From NCBI GenBank assembly GCA_016183235.1, contig JACPFA010000016.1, positions 2,834-66,833 of the forward strand: 64,000 nucleotides of DNA, given 5' to 3'. Position 1 is the first letter of the stretch. Every line of letters starts with the position of its first letter. Origin of the DNA: Deltaproteobacteria bacterium (GTDB lineage: Bacteria; UBA10199; DSSB01; JACPFA01). The notes under the pieces were generated by a model. The model was not told the DNA's origin and did not search any database. It saw only the letters and a list, made by a program, of their open reading frames with translations. This document shows positions 54,287-63,009 of the stretch, in pieces. The position numbers and the translations under genes are program-made.

Positions 54287-56050
54287 TTAAATACTCAACA
54301 CATTCTGATTTTTAGCTTTTCTGGCCAAATATTCCATCATCAAGCGGCTCACCATAATGGCGGTTAGCATGGTGGTCGCAATCCCAATCATTAAAGTAAC
54401 TGCAAACCCACGCACAGCGCCCGTTCCATATTGATAAAGTACAATGCCTATAAAAAAGGTAGTTAAGTTAGAATCAACAATGGCACTCATGGCATTGCTA
54501 AACCCGGCCTCGACTGCTGCAACCACTTTTTTGCCTTCAGCCAGTTCTTCTTTGATACGTTCAAAAATAATAATATTCGCATCAACCGCCATACCCATCG
54601 TAAGAATAATCCCTGCTAACCCAGGCATGGTAAGGGTCGCCCCAAAAATAGCCAACAAAGTTAGAATGAAAAGCACATTAAACCCTAAAGCAAGATCGGC
54701 CACGACGCCTGACAACTTATAATAAAAAATCATAAAGATAATAACGATGGCCCCGGCAATCAGCATTGCTGAAATCCCTTTTTGAATAGAACTCTTGCCG
54801 AGCGATGGCCCAATGATCGTTTTAGTCGCTTCTTTGAGAGAAGCAGGCAAGGCGCCCTCTCGCAATACCACCACCAAATCTTGAGCTTCGCGTAATAATT
54901 GATCGTAATTCCCTGAACCCAATTTAATTTGGCCACTACCGCCATAGATTGCTTCTTCAATGTTAGGGGCCGACATCACGTTGCCATCTAAGATGATGGC
55001 TAAATTTTTACCCACATTTTTTTCAGTCAGTTCGCCAAATAATTTTTTGCCCGTTGCCTTGAGAGTGAAACTCACTACTGGTTTATTTTGATAAATATCT
55101 ACCTGCGCACTCTTGAGCATGTCACCGGTTACATCGGCTTTATTTTTGACCAAAAAGGGTTTGCCGCCGGTGATTTTTTTATCTTTGGGATCACGCTCTA
55201 ATTGAAAAAGAACTTCGGTGCCTTCGGGGATTTTACCTTTAAGGGCATCGTTGATTTGCTCAACCGTTTCTCGGGAATAATCATCGAGCAATTTATTTTC
55301 GGCCCTAGCTTTGGCTACGGATGTGGCTAGGTCTTCTTTTAATGGGGTTTCATCAACCAAGCGAAATTCTAATTTGCCGGCCTGCATAATAACGCTGAGT
55401 GCGCGCACAGGATCGGTCTCGCCAGGCAATTCAACGGCCACACGATTGTCCCCCACCCGAGAAATAGCGGGCTCTGAAACTCCGTAACGATCGACCCGGT
55501 TGCGAATGGTTTCAATCGCCTGATTGAGGGTTTGATCTTTTAGATTCACTCGCTGGGCATCGGTCATTTTATAAAAGACCTGCAGACCAGCACTGGGCGC
55601 TGTTTCAGGGACCGATTCAGGGGTTTTGGTGATTTTGTGATAACCTTCTGAATAGTTTTTTAAAAAGAACCCTTCGACTAAACTGCGACTGGCCTCGTCA
55701 GAGAATTCCATTTCAATCGTATCGGATTTAGCAACCCTAGTTACTTTAACTCCTTTGACCTCTTTTTCTTCTAAAAAACGCTCTAAGGCTGAAACCGTAA
55801 GATCCACTTGATTATGGATGGCGTCTTCAAACAAAACCTCTAACTCTAAATAAATACCACCTTGCAAATCGAGACCCAAATTAATTTGATCAGCAGGAAA
55901 AACTTTATGATACCAGGGAATATCAAGTTTTTGCTTTTGCAAGTCTTCGCGTTGGGCTTTAAAGTTTAAAAAGGTGGGTACTAAATAGAAACCCGAAAAA
56001 GCCACTAAAAAGAGGATAAAATAAGTTTTATAACGCCAGGTGCTTCCCAT
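54287..56050 (-). CDS. secD: protein translocase subunit SecD
   Basis: LGLDLQGG, periplasmic domain, GMAVDANIIIFERIKEE. Confidence 0.93.
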   Translation of the reverse strand: MGSTWRYKTYFILFLVAFSGFYLVPTFLNFKAQREDLQKQKLDIPWYHKVFPADQINLGLDLQGGIYLELEVLFEDAIHNQVDLTVSALERFLEEKEVKGVKVTRVAKSDTIEMEFSDEASRSLVEGFFLKNYSEGYHKITKTPESVPETAPSAGLQVFYKMTDAQRVNLKDQTLNQAIETIRNRVDRYGVSEPAISRVGDNRVAVELPGETDPVRALSVIMQAGKLEFRLVDETPLKEDLATSVAKARAENKLLDDYSRETVEQINDALKGKIPEGTEVLFQLERDPKDKKITGGKPFLVKNKADVTGDMLKSAQVDIYQNKPVVSFTLKATGKKLFGELTEKNVGKNLAIILDGNVMSAPNIEEAIYGGSGQIKLGSGNYDQLLREAQDLVVVLREGALPASLKEATKTIIGPSLGKSSIQKGISAMLIAGAIVIIFMIFYYKLSGVVADLALGFNVLFILTLLAIFGATLTMPGLAGIILTMGMAVDANIIIFERIKEELAEGKKVVAAVEAGFSNAMSAIVDSNLTTFFIGIVLYQYGTGAVRGFAVTLMIGIATTMLTAIMVSRLMMEYLARKAKNQNVLSI

Positions 56051-56064
56051 AATTTTACTTTATT

Positions 56065-56445
56065 TTACTTTGAATTAGATTCCTCTTTTTTAAGACCCAT
56101 GACTCCTTCGCGGTCCATCTTAACTCGAACGTTATCAGCCAATTCCACGGTTAAAACATCACCATTAATAGCCGAAATTTTCCCATGAAAGCCACCCGTG
56201 GTCACCACGCTATCACCTTTTTTCAAGCCCGCCAGAGTTGTTTTGCGTTGTTGTTGCTGTTTTTTTTGGGGTCGAATCAATAAAAAATAAAAAATCACAA
56301 ACACTGCAATGAGGGGGAAAAAAACCGAGAATTGGCTAGCGATTCCCCCTTGACCGTTTTGAGCCTGGGCTTGAGCCCCAACCAAGGGGCTTAAAAAAGT
56401 AGCCCCGACAAAAGCACTGATTGAAAATAAAAGATTCTTTTTCAT
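56065..56445 (-). CDS. yajC: preprotein translocase subunit YajC (with an N-terminal signal-like extension)
   Basis: FYFLLIRPQKKQ...LKKGDSVVTTGGFHGKI...V.VEL. Confidence 0.88.
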   Translation of the reverse strand: MKKNLLFSISAFVGATFLSPLVGAQAQAQNGQGGIASQFSVFFPLIAVFVIFYFLLIRPQKKQQQQRKTTLAGLKKGDSVVTTGGFHGKISAINGDVLTVELADNVRVKMDREGVMGLKKEESNSK

Positions 56446-56466
56446 GAATGATTCAACTCCTAACTA

Positions 56467-56647
56467 AGGGCCTGACCGGAAATAAATGTTCATTTTGGCA
56501 TCTCATCTTGGGGCCATCTTTGACCGATCTTCAATCGCAAAATCCTCAAAACAGCCCTGCTATTCCTCCGGTTTTGCTCATTCAGATCGGCCAAATCTGA
56601 CCCCAATCTGAGCGCCAAAAAAGAACATTTATTCCCGGTCAGACCCT
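56467..56647. repeat. long imperfect palindrome (~78-nt arms) between yajC and tgt
   Basis: agggcctgaccggaaataaatgttc... pairs with ...gaacatttattcccggtcagaccct. Its right end supplies the last codons and the stop of tgt. Confidence 0.85.
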
Positions 56648-57765
56648 AATGTTTGCTGACTCAAAAACCGTTGTTGGAACAAAGCAAAGCGATTTTCTCG
56701 AATTGCCTGGCGTGCATCGCTTAACAGACTTAAGTAGTAATGTAAATTATGAATTGAATTAAGCACCGGTGAGAGGATTTCTTTACTCAAACTGATATGA
56801 CGGAGGTAGGCCTTTGAAAAATGCTGGCACGTGTAGCAGGTGCAAGATTCGCTAATGGGTTTAGGGTCTTCATGGTATTGGCTATTGCGAATATTAATCG
56901 GGCCATGTTCGGTGAAAAGCATGCCATTGCGGGCATTGCGGGTGGGGATCACACAATCAAACATATCAATGCCTAGGCCAATGGCCGTGATGATGTCGAC
57001 CGGCATGCCCACCCCCATCAAATAACGGGGTTTGGGTTTGGGAAGCACCTCCGTCATACGATCCGTAATCTCATAAGCTAGCTCCATAGGTTCACCCACC
57101 GAAACCCCACCTATGGCATAACCATCAAAGGCATCGCCGCCCTCCATCAATAATAATTCTTGGGCACATTGTTGACGCCAATTTTTGTACATACCGCCTT
57201 GGATTATGGCAAATAGTGAATTATTTTGGCTCTTCTTGGCCTTAAGGCAGCGTTTTTCCCAAGCTAAGGTGATTTCAACGGAGGCTTGAACCTGTTCCTC
57301 CGTCATAGGGTATGGGAGGCATTCGTCTAGGGGCATCATGATGTCAGAACCGAGAGATTCTTGAATTTCGATGACTAATTCAGGGGTTAGCAGATGCTTG
57401 CTGCCATCTAAGTGAGATTGAAAGCTAACTCCGTCATGGCTTACCTTGGCCAAGCGAGCCAACGAAAAGACCTGAAACCCACCACTATCGGTTAAAATAG
57501 GCCCTTCCCACCCCATGTAATGGTGCAATCCACCTAGGCGTTCAATCAGTTTATGCCCGGGGCGCATATATAGATGATAGGTGTTACTTAAAATAATTTG
57601 GGCCCCTAAGTCTTTGACTTGATGGGGGGTCAAGGCCTTAACGGCCGCCACGGTCCCCACGGGCATAAAGGCTGGGGTTTCAAAACTACCGTGAGCGGTG
57701 TGATAAACCCCTGCACGAGCACGGGTTTTTTCATCTTGGTGATGAAGTTCAAATCTCTTGACCAT
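56629..57765 (-). CDS. tgt: tRNA-guanine transglycosylase (queuine tRNA-ribosyltransferase)
   Basis: ARAGVYHTAHGSFETPAFMPVGT, LTDSGGFQ, GGVSVGE, and the Zn site CTCYTCQHFSKAYLRH. Confidence 0.95.
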   Translation of the reverse strand: MVKRFELHHQDEKTRARAGVYHTAHGSFETPAFMPVGTVAAVKALTPHQVKDLGAQIILSNTYHLYMRPGHKLIERLGGLHHYMGWEGPILTDSGGFQVFSLARLAKVSHDGVSFQSHLDGSKHLLTPELVIEIQESLGSDIMMPLDECLPYPMTEEQVQASVEITLAWEKRCLKAKKSQNNSLFAIIQGGMYKNWRQQCAQELLLMEGGDAFDGYAIGGVSVGEPMELAYEITDRMTEVLPKPKPRYLMGVGMPVDIITAIGLGIDMFDCVIPTRNARNGMLFTEHGPINIRNSQYHEDPKPISESCTCYTCQHFSKAYLRHISLSKEILSPVLNSIHNLHYYLSLLSDARQAIRENRFALFQQRFLSQQTLGSDRE

Positions 57766-57783
57766 AAGTCATGGCTTGCTAAT

Positions 57784-57908
57784 GGGGACCTCTAAAAACG
57801 ACCCATCTGCCGTGTTGCCCGCAAAGCCGCGATCCTCACGTATTTCCATATACGCTCCGGTCGCGTCTTTGCGGGCGCCTTGCATCTGGGCCCTTTTTAG
57901 AGGTCCCC
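57784..57908. repeat. long imperfect palindrome (~59-nt arms) upstream of tgt; a different family from 56467
   Basis: ggggacctctaaaaacgacccatctgcc...gcccgcaaag... pairs with ...ctttgcgggcgcc...ctttttagaggtcccc. Confidence 0.85.
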
Positions 57909-57975
57909 CCAACTAGCAACGGTTCTTCCTAACTGCCGATAAAATAAACTGAATTTACTTTACCCGGGGGGAAAG

Positions 57976-58743
57976 ATGGGCGATTCAAATCCAGTTCGCA
58001 TTCAATGCCATACCTATGAATTGGCAGCCGAGCTTCGAGATGGGCCAAGGGCTGCACGCAGACGAGCCAACCAAGAACGTCATCGGCTTGAAAAAGCAAC
58101 GCTAGCTTTAGCCAAGGAAGTCGTTGCTGCAAGGCAGAAAGAACCGGGAGTTACTATTCCCTTTGGCCGGCCCTTTTTTGAGATGCATCCTGCACCGGGG
58201 GAAGTTGAAAATAATCCACATAACTACCCAAAAGACCTTTACAGCCTCCAAGACCCTAATGAAAAACCTATTCTCGAAGGCAGGGCGCGTAAACTGTGTG
58301 GAGCCATGCCGAGTATTTGCGAAATCCCTGAGACTGCCAATCAAGGTGGTGCCCAAACACCTACGCCACAAGCACAACAATGGATCCGATGGACTTTGCT
58401 GGATGGAAGGCAAGATGTAAAAGATCATGCCCCCTTATCATCGCTGGCTCTTTTCATTGCCAACAGTCTACCCAATCGAAACATCCTTGTTTCAGGGCGG
58501 CTTCAACAATCGATCTTGCTACTCTCCAGATCTAATCGTTTAACCGATGAAGAGTGGGTACAATGGGCCAGGGCTTGGGGAAATCGTCAAACCGACGTTG
58601 AAGGGTTTTTTAATGTCTCTCAATCCATGCTACTCAAGGCTGGCGTCGCCTTCTACAGTTTTCATGGCGCTGATCCCCATTATCTGAATGTGGGAGAAAA
58701 ATTTGCCGAGCCCAAGGCCACCATTTGCATGGCCAAAAAGTAA
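57976..58743 (+). CDS. hypothetical protein (255 aa)
   Basis: ORF with normal composition. No recognisable motif. The two antisense ORFs listed inside it look spurious. Confidence 0.55.
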   Translation: MGDSNPVRIQCHTYELAAELRDGPRAARRRANQERHRLEKATLALAKEVVAARQKEPGVTIPFGRPFFEMHPAPGEVENNPHNYPKDLYSLQDPNEKPILEGRARKLCGAMPSICEIPETANQGGAQTPTPQAQQWIRWTLLDGRQDVKDHAPLSSLALFIANSLPNRNILVSGRLQQSILLLSRSNRLTDEEWVQWARAWGNRQTDVEGFFNVSQSMLLKAGVAFYSFHGADPHYLNVGEKFAEPKATICMAKK

Positions 58744-58798
58744 TGGTGCTTGCTAAGAGTTGACAATCCACAGCAGCCTTGTCATATCCTCATTCGTC

Positions 58799-59842
58799 AT
58801 GCAGCCCATATCAACTGCTGAATTTAATCAGCTCACCAAACTTCAATCTAAATCCATCCAAGTAAAAAAACTTTTTGGCGAAGCCAGTTACCGAGAATAT
58901 TATCGCCTCACCACCCATGACGGCCAGGCCTATATTCTCATGCAAATCCCCGCCGGGAAATGGAGCGTATCGGAAGAAATTACTCATTCCAACCCTCCCC
59001 CTACCGAACTACCTTTTTTAAACATTCAGCGTTTTTTGCAACAAAATGAATTGCCGGTTCCACAAGTGTTGGGGGTTGACCAAGCAAAAGGTTGGATTGT
59101 GTTACAAGATTTAGGCGACCAGTCCTTAGAGTCTTTGATCCAAAATGCGGCCCCCGAGATGATTTTTTTCTTCTACAAACAGGCGATCGATTTGTTGGTT
59201 CGCCTACAAAAAACGTCTGCAACGCCTAACGCTGATTGTCAGGCCTTTTCCCGCCGCTTTGATTTCAAATTATTATTTTGGGAATTCGAACATTTTTTAG
59301 AATATGGCATTGAAGATCGATTACAAATCAAAATAAACCCCGAAGATCGCAAAGCCATGCAAACTTGGGGTGAAAAATTATGCCATGAAATCGAAGCCCT
59401 GCCTTATGGTTTTACTCATCGAGACTTTCAAAGCCGCAATCTGATGCTGCATGGCTACGAATTTTATCTGATTGATTTTCAAGATGCTTTGCAAGGCCCA
59501 ATCGTTTACGATTTGGTCGCCTTGTTGAGGGATTCTTATGTCGACTTAAGCATTGCCATGCTTGAACAACTTTTACAAACTTATCAATTGGCTTGCGAAA
59601 AGTCTGGGTTGGCAACGCTAGAAGATAAAATATTCAAAAGAAATTTTTATTTGGTCACTTTACAGCGCAAACTCAAAGATGCGGGCCGTTTTCAATTTAT
59701 TAAAACCATGAAGGGTAATGACAAATTTTTAAAGCATGTGCCAACGTCGTTGAAATATGTAAAAGACGCCTTTGGCCATTTGCCGGAGTATGAACCGTTG
59801 TGGAAATTGATTGGGAAATATTTAGTAGAAATCGTTAATTAA
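58799..59842 (+). CDS. amgK: aminoglycoside-phosphotransferase-fold kinase, AmgK-like (anomeric MurNAc/GlcNAc kinase)
   Basis: GFTHRDFQSRNLML ... LIDFQDALQGPIVYDLVALLRDSY. Followed by a MurU-like nucleotidyltransferase. Start set at the ATG at 58799. Confidence 0.6.
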   Translation: MQPISTAEFNQLTKLQSKSIQVKKLFGEASYREYYRLTTHDGQAYILMQIPAGKWSVSEEITHSNPPPTELPFLNIQRFLQQNELPVPQVLGVDQAKGWIVLQDLGDQSLESLIQNAAPEMIFFFYKQAIDLLVRLQKTSATPNADCQAFSRRFDFKLLFWEFEHFLEYGIEDRLQIKINPEDRKAMQTWGEKLCHEIEALPYGFTHRDFQSRNLMLHGYEFYLIDFQDALQGPIVYDLVALLRDSYVDLSIAMLEQLLQTYQLACEKSGLATLEDKIFKRNFYLVTLQRKLKDAGRFQFIKTMKGNDKFLKHVPTSLKYVKDAFGHLPEYEPLWKLIGKYLVEIVN

Positions 59843-59866
59843 CTGAGGATCTAAAATGTCATTGGT

Positions 59867-59902
59867 GTCATCCCCCGGCTTGACCGGGGGACCCATGATG
59901 AC
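59867..59902. repeat. REP unit (GTCATCCCCCGG...CCGGGGGACCCATGATGAC)
   Basis: gtcatcccccggcttgaccgggggacccatgatgac, which creates the spurious 22-codon N-terminal extension of the next ORF. Confidence 0.8.
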
Positions 59903-59921
59903 GAAGAATCTTCCATTTCAT

Positions 59922-60743
59922 ATGCAAATCACTCAAGCCATTGTTTTAGCAGCCGGCCTTGGGACCCGCTTAAGACCCTTAACTAATCATACAGCTAAAC
60001 CCGCATTAACCGTAGGTGGAATCCCTATCCTTTATTATAATTTGGCTCTCTTGCAACAATATGGCGTTAAAAACATCGTCATCAACTTGCACCATCGTCC
60101 AGAATCTATAAGGAAGATTCTTTCCGCCGGAGGCGGACCAGCCTCTGGCTGGCGCAGACTCAGAATGACATCCATTAATATCTCCTTTTCCCAAGAGAAA
60201 ACTTTGTTAGGCACCGGTGGTGGGATTGTAAAGGCAGCTCGCCTATTCAAAACTGAGCCTTTTCTAGTGCTCAATGGTGACATTCTCACCAATATTAACT
60301 TAGCAAAACTCATCGAGACTCATTTTAAAAAGCAGGCCTTAGCCACTTTGGCCATTGTTGGCCCTGACCAAGCTAAAGTCGCCAATTATATTCATTATAA
60401 TGCAAGGGGTCAGGTCTTAGGGATTGGCCCTCGAGATTGCTTCGCAGACGCTCGCAATGACATCGGTCTGTCATTGCGAGCGTCCGCGAAGCAATCTCGT
60501 CACGGAATTTTTTCCGGAGTTTCAATCATTGATCCAAAACTACTTACTTATTTTGGCAAAAAGAAAATTGGCTGTCTCATTCGCGATTTAATTTTGCCCG
60601 CCATTCAAGACCAACAAAAAATTAGCACCTATCATCATAAGGGATTTTGGTGTGATCTTGGCGACCTAGCCACTTTGAAAAAAGTAAACGCCGCCCTGGG
60701 AAAATTCAACGTAGGCCAAGCTTTCCAGTTGAATGATCATTAG
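59922..60743 (+). CDS. murU: sugar-1-phosphate nucleotidyltransferase, MurU-like, carrying an in-frame REP-doublet insertion
   Basis: AIVLAAGLGTRLRPLTNHTAKPAL, LGTGGGI, LVLNGDIL. The 22-aa insert RDCFADARNDIGLSLRASAKQS is encoded by the REP doublet at 60433-60498. Confidence 0.65.
   Translation: MQITQAIVLAAGLGTRLRPLTNHTAKPALTVGGIPILYYNLALLQQYGVKNIVINLHHRPESIRKILSAGGGPASGWRRLRMTSINISFSQEKTLLGTGGGIVKAARLFKTEPFLVLNGDILTNINLAKLIETHFKKQALATLAIVGPDQAKVANYIHYNARGQVLGIGPRDCFADARNDIGLSLRASAKQSRHGIFSGVSIIDPKLLTYFGKKKIGCLIRDLILPAIQDQQKISTYHHKGFWCDLGDLATLKKVNAALGKFNVGQAFQLNDH
60433..60498. repeat. REP doublet (66 bp) located inside a coding sequence, in frame
   Basis: gagattgcttcgcagacgctcgcaatgac atcggtct gtcattgcgagcgtccgcgaagcaatctc. 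Confidence 0.9.
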
Positions 60744-61133
60744 TCGGTGAGGCTAGGATCGTAACACTGATAAAGGTCACTTTTCCGAGTACCTCCTGTA
60801 TCAATCCATTTAAACAACATCTCAATGGGGATGTCTCGAAATACCAATTTGTCTTCAATCGTATAGTTCCCATTAGTAACCTCTTGATCCAGCACCCTCG
60901 CAGCCTGGAGAACCTGCACTCCAACTTGATCCCATGTATTTGCCGCCAAGGTTCCATCGAGATGATAAAGACGATTGCACAGTATAAATCTGACCTTGAA
61001 GGACCTTTTGTAAATCTTTAAGCGACTTTGCAAAGTCAACCATCTCGGGAAAGGCGTGTATTGCCCCTATATGTAAACCTTGTGTAGGTTGGTTAAAAGT
61101 CACACCATAAGTTTGTTGATTGTCTATCAACAC
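60740..61133 (-). pseudogene. small gene apparently split by a frameshift near 60965-60985 (or two heavily overlapping ORFs)
   Basis: ORF 61133..60873 is protein-like only up to ...GQIYTVQ. ORF 61039..60740 is protein-like only from ...RLYHLDGTL onward. Joined, they give ~130 aa. Confidence 0.4.
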
Positions 61134-61146
61134 AGTGTCATGCCCC

Positions 61147-62673
61147 TCACAAAATATCTATTTCACTTGGCCTTGAAACTTCTTCAAACACTGGCACTAA
61201 AAATAGCACCATTCCACGGCTCACCCCGCTGCCCAATGTAGTAGCGGCTTCGGGGGCGGCTTGAATTATTTTATAACCTACTGCCACTGCTGCAGAAAAA
61301 ACAAGCCCAAAGACTGTACCTTTCACAGTGGGCTCTTGGTACCATGGCTGTGATTCAGTGACCGTAGTGACCGTTGGGTTGGAGGGGGCTCCCCTAGATT
61401 GCTCATTGGGTTGATCATGCCGACCATAGGCCGCTAATATTAGTACCACCTCATCGACATCGGCATTTATGATAGCAGCTCGGTGCAAGATGTCGTTTGT
61501 ACTGATTCTGTCACCAATCCATCGGTGGATCAATCGATCGATCGGTTCAACGCACATAGACGATGTATTGCTAGATCCACGCGATCTACTACGGGCTGCT
61601 CGTGGAAAACGACCACGAGGCTCCGATCTTACAGAAGTAGTGGGGGGACCCTTTGTGTCGTCATCGTTGTCATCTTTATTTCTGTTAAAAATCCACTTGA
61701 ATAAACGAACAAACCATAACCGATCCATTTGCTCAGTCAAAGCGGAAGGGCCAAAAAGCGTCAATGTTCTAACCAAGGCGTAGAGATCATGGCCAAGAGC
61801 CACCCCAGGACCAAACACGCCGGTTAAAAACAATCCCCCTTTGATGATGTTTTTAAAAGAAAATTCTTCACCCTTCAGTTCAACAGCAACGATATGCAGG
61901 GCATTTTCTAATTGATCCAGTTTAAAATTTTGACCATCCTTTGGAAGATTTTCACCACCCTTTAAGTGGTTAATGACTATAGTGATCTCTGTTCGAAGTT
62001 CATAAATACGCGTTGGATCTGCAGCAACATAATAGGTTGAACCGTTTTTGCTTTGCCTAAAATATTGATTGTTAGAATCACCCACCATCACCCGAAACAA
62101 AGCAATCAATTCCTCATTAAGGGGAAAACTAATGGGACGCCAATTATCAGGATCGTATTCAAGTAACAAAGGCGGTGGTTTTGCTAAATACTTGGCAACC
62201 ACCGTTTGTTTTTGTTCTTCAGTGAGTGGGTTCCCTGCATCATCGACCAATGGCCAATTTTCTAATTTGGTAAGATTGGTAAGATCTGGGGTTGGGGGTT
62301 GTCTCTCAGGGGGATGAAACCTAAAGGGAATGTCCGTTAATGGAGATAGGTCAGGTGGGGAAAGGCCAAGACCTGCTTTTAATCCTTTAAGCTGTCTAGC
62401 TACCTCATCTACTTTTCCCTCGGGCGCCCACAAAACTACATAACCCTGGTCCCATCGATAGCACAGCCCCAAGGCCTGCAAGCCCTTCCCTTGAAATAAT
62501 CTAGCGTAACCTCCATCTTGAGAACTATAAACTGTATGACCACCGTTGGCACCATCATTTTCAAAAGAAATGTTGTCTAATTTTTGATACCCTCTTAATG
62601 GCCCATTTTCACAAGACGGATAGAGATTTTGCAATGGATTGTCAGACGAATCATTTCGAATAGGTACATTCAT
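61147..62673 (-). CDS. hypothetical protein (508 aa) with internal hydrophobic hairpin(s) and a charged low-complexity segment
   Basis: No signal peptide. GGLFLTGVFGPGVALGHDLYALVRTLTLFGP, NRNKDDNDDDTKG...RGRFPRAARSRSRGSS, and the C-terminal hydrophobic GTVFGLVFSAAVAVGYKII / GMVLFLVPVF. Confidence 0.7.
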   Translation of the reverse strand: MNVPIRNDSSDNPLQNLYPSCENGPLRGYQKLDNISFENDGANGGHTVYSSQDGGYARLFQGKGLQALGLCYRWDQGYVVLWAPEGKVDEVARQLKGLKAGLGLSPPDLSPLTDIPFRFHPPERQPPTPDLTNLTKLENWPLVDDAGNPLTEEQKQTVVAKYLAKPPPLLLEYDPDNWRPISFPLNEELIALFRVMVGDSNNQYFRQSKNGSTYYVAADPTRIYELRTEITIVINHLKGGENLPKDGQNFKLDQLENALHIVAVELKGEEFSFKNIIKGGLFLTGVFGPGVALGHDLYALVRTLTLFGPSALTEQMDRLWFVRLFKWIFNRNKDDNDDDTKGPPTTSVRSEPRGRFPRAARSRSRGSSNTSSMCVEPIDRLIHRWIGDRISTNDILHRAAIINADVDEVVLILAAYGRHDQPNEQSRGAPSNPTVTTVTESQPWYQEPTVKGTVFGLVFSAAVAVGYKIIQAAPEAATTLGSGVSRGMVLFLVPVFEEVSRPSEIDIL

Positions 62674-62753
62674 AATTGGCTTTCACCCCCGAGCCATCTC
62701 ATCGGGATTATTTTTGCCTCATTGCTATCAATTGACGAGTACTGAAGAAAAAA

Positions 62754-62770
62754 GTATACATCTAGTATAC
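62754..62770. promoter_or_regulatory. GTATAC-N5-GTATAC box, copy 4
   Basis: Sequence is gtatac atcta gtatac, in the divergent intergenic region. It is 81 bp from the ATG at 62673 (minus strand) and 240 bp from the ATG at 63010 (plus strand). Confidence 0.55.
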
Positions 62771-63009
62771 AGCACAGTCATGCAAGCAATGATGGGAGAG
62801 GAACATTAAACTTTATTATTTTAATGGGTTAACTTTTCTCGGGCGTGAGAGTTCTCATGAGAATCCTTAGCTGCGAGGGCTTTTTTTGAACTTCAAAGTT
62901 TCTTCAAAAAAATAAGCAACTTATTTTAAGAGGCCTCGAGGGAACCGGCTCTATCTGTCGGGGAAGTTTGGGTATCTCCCAATTGTAATATTGATTCAAG
63001 GAGCTACCC

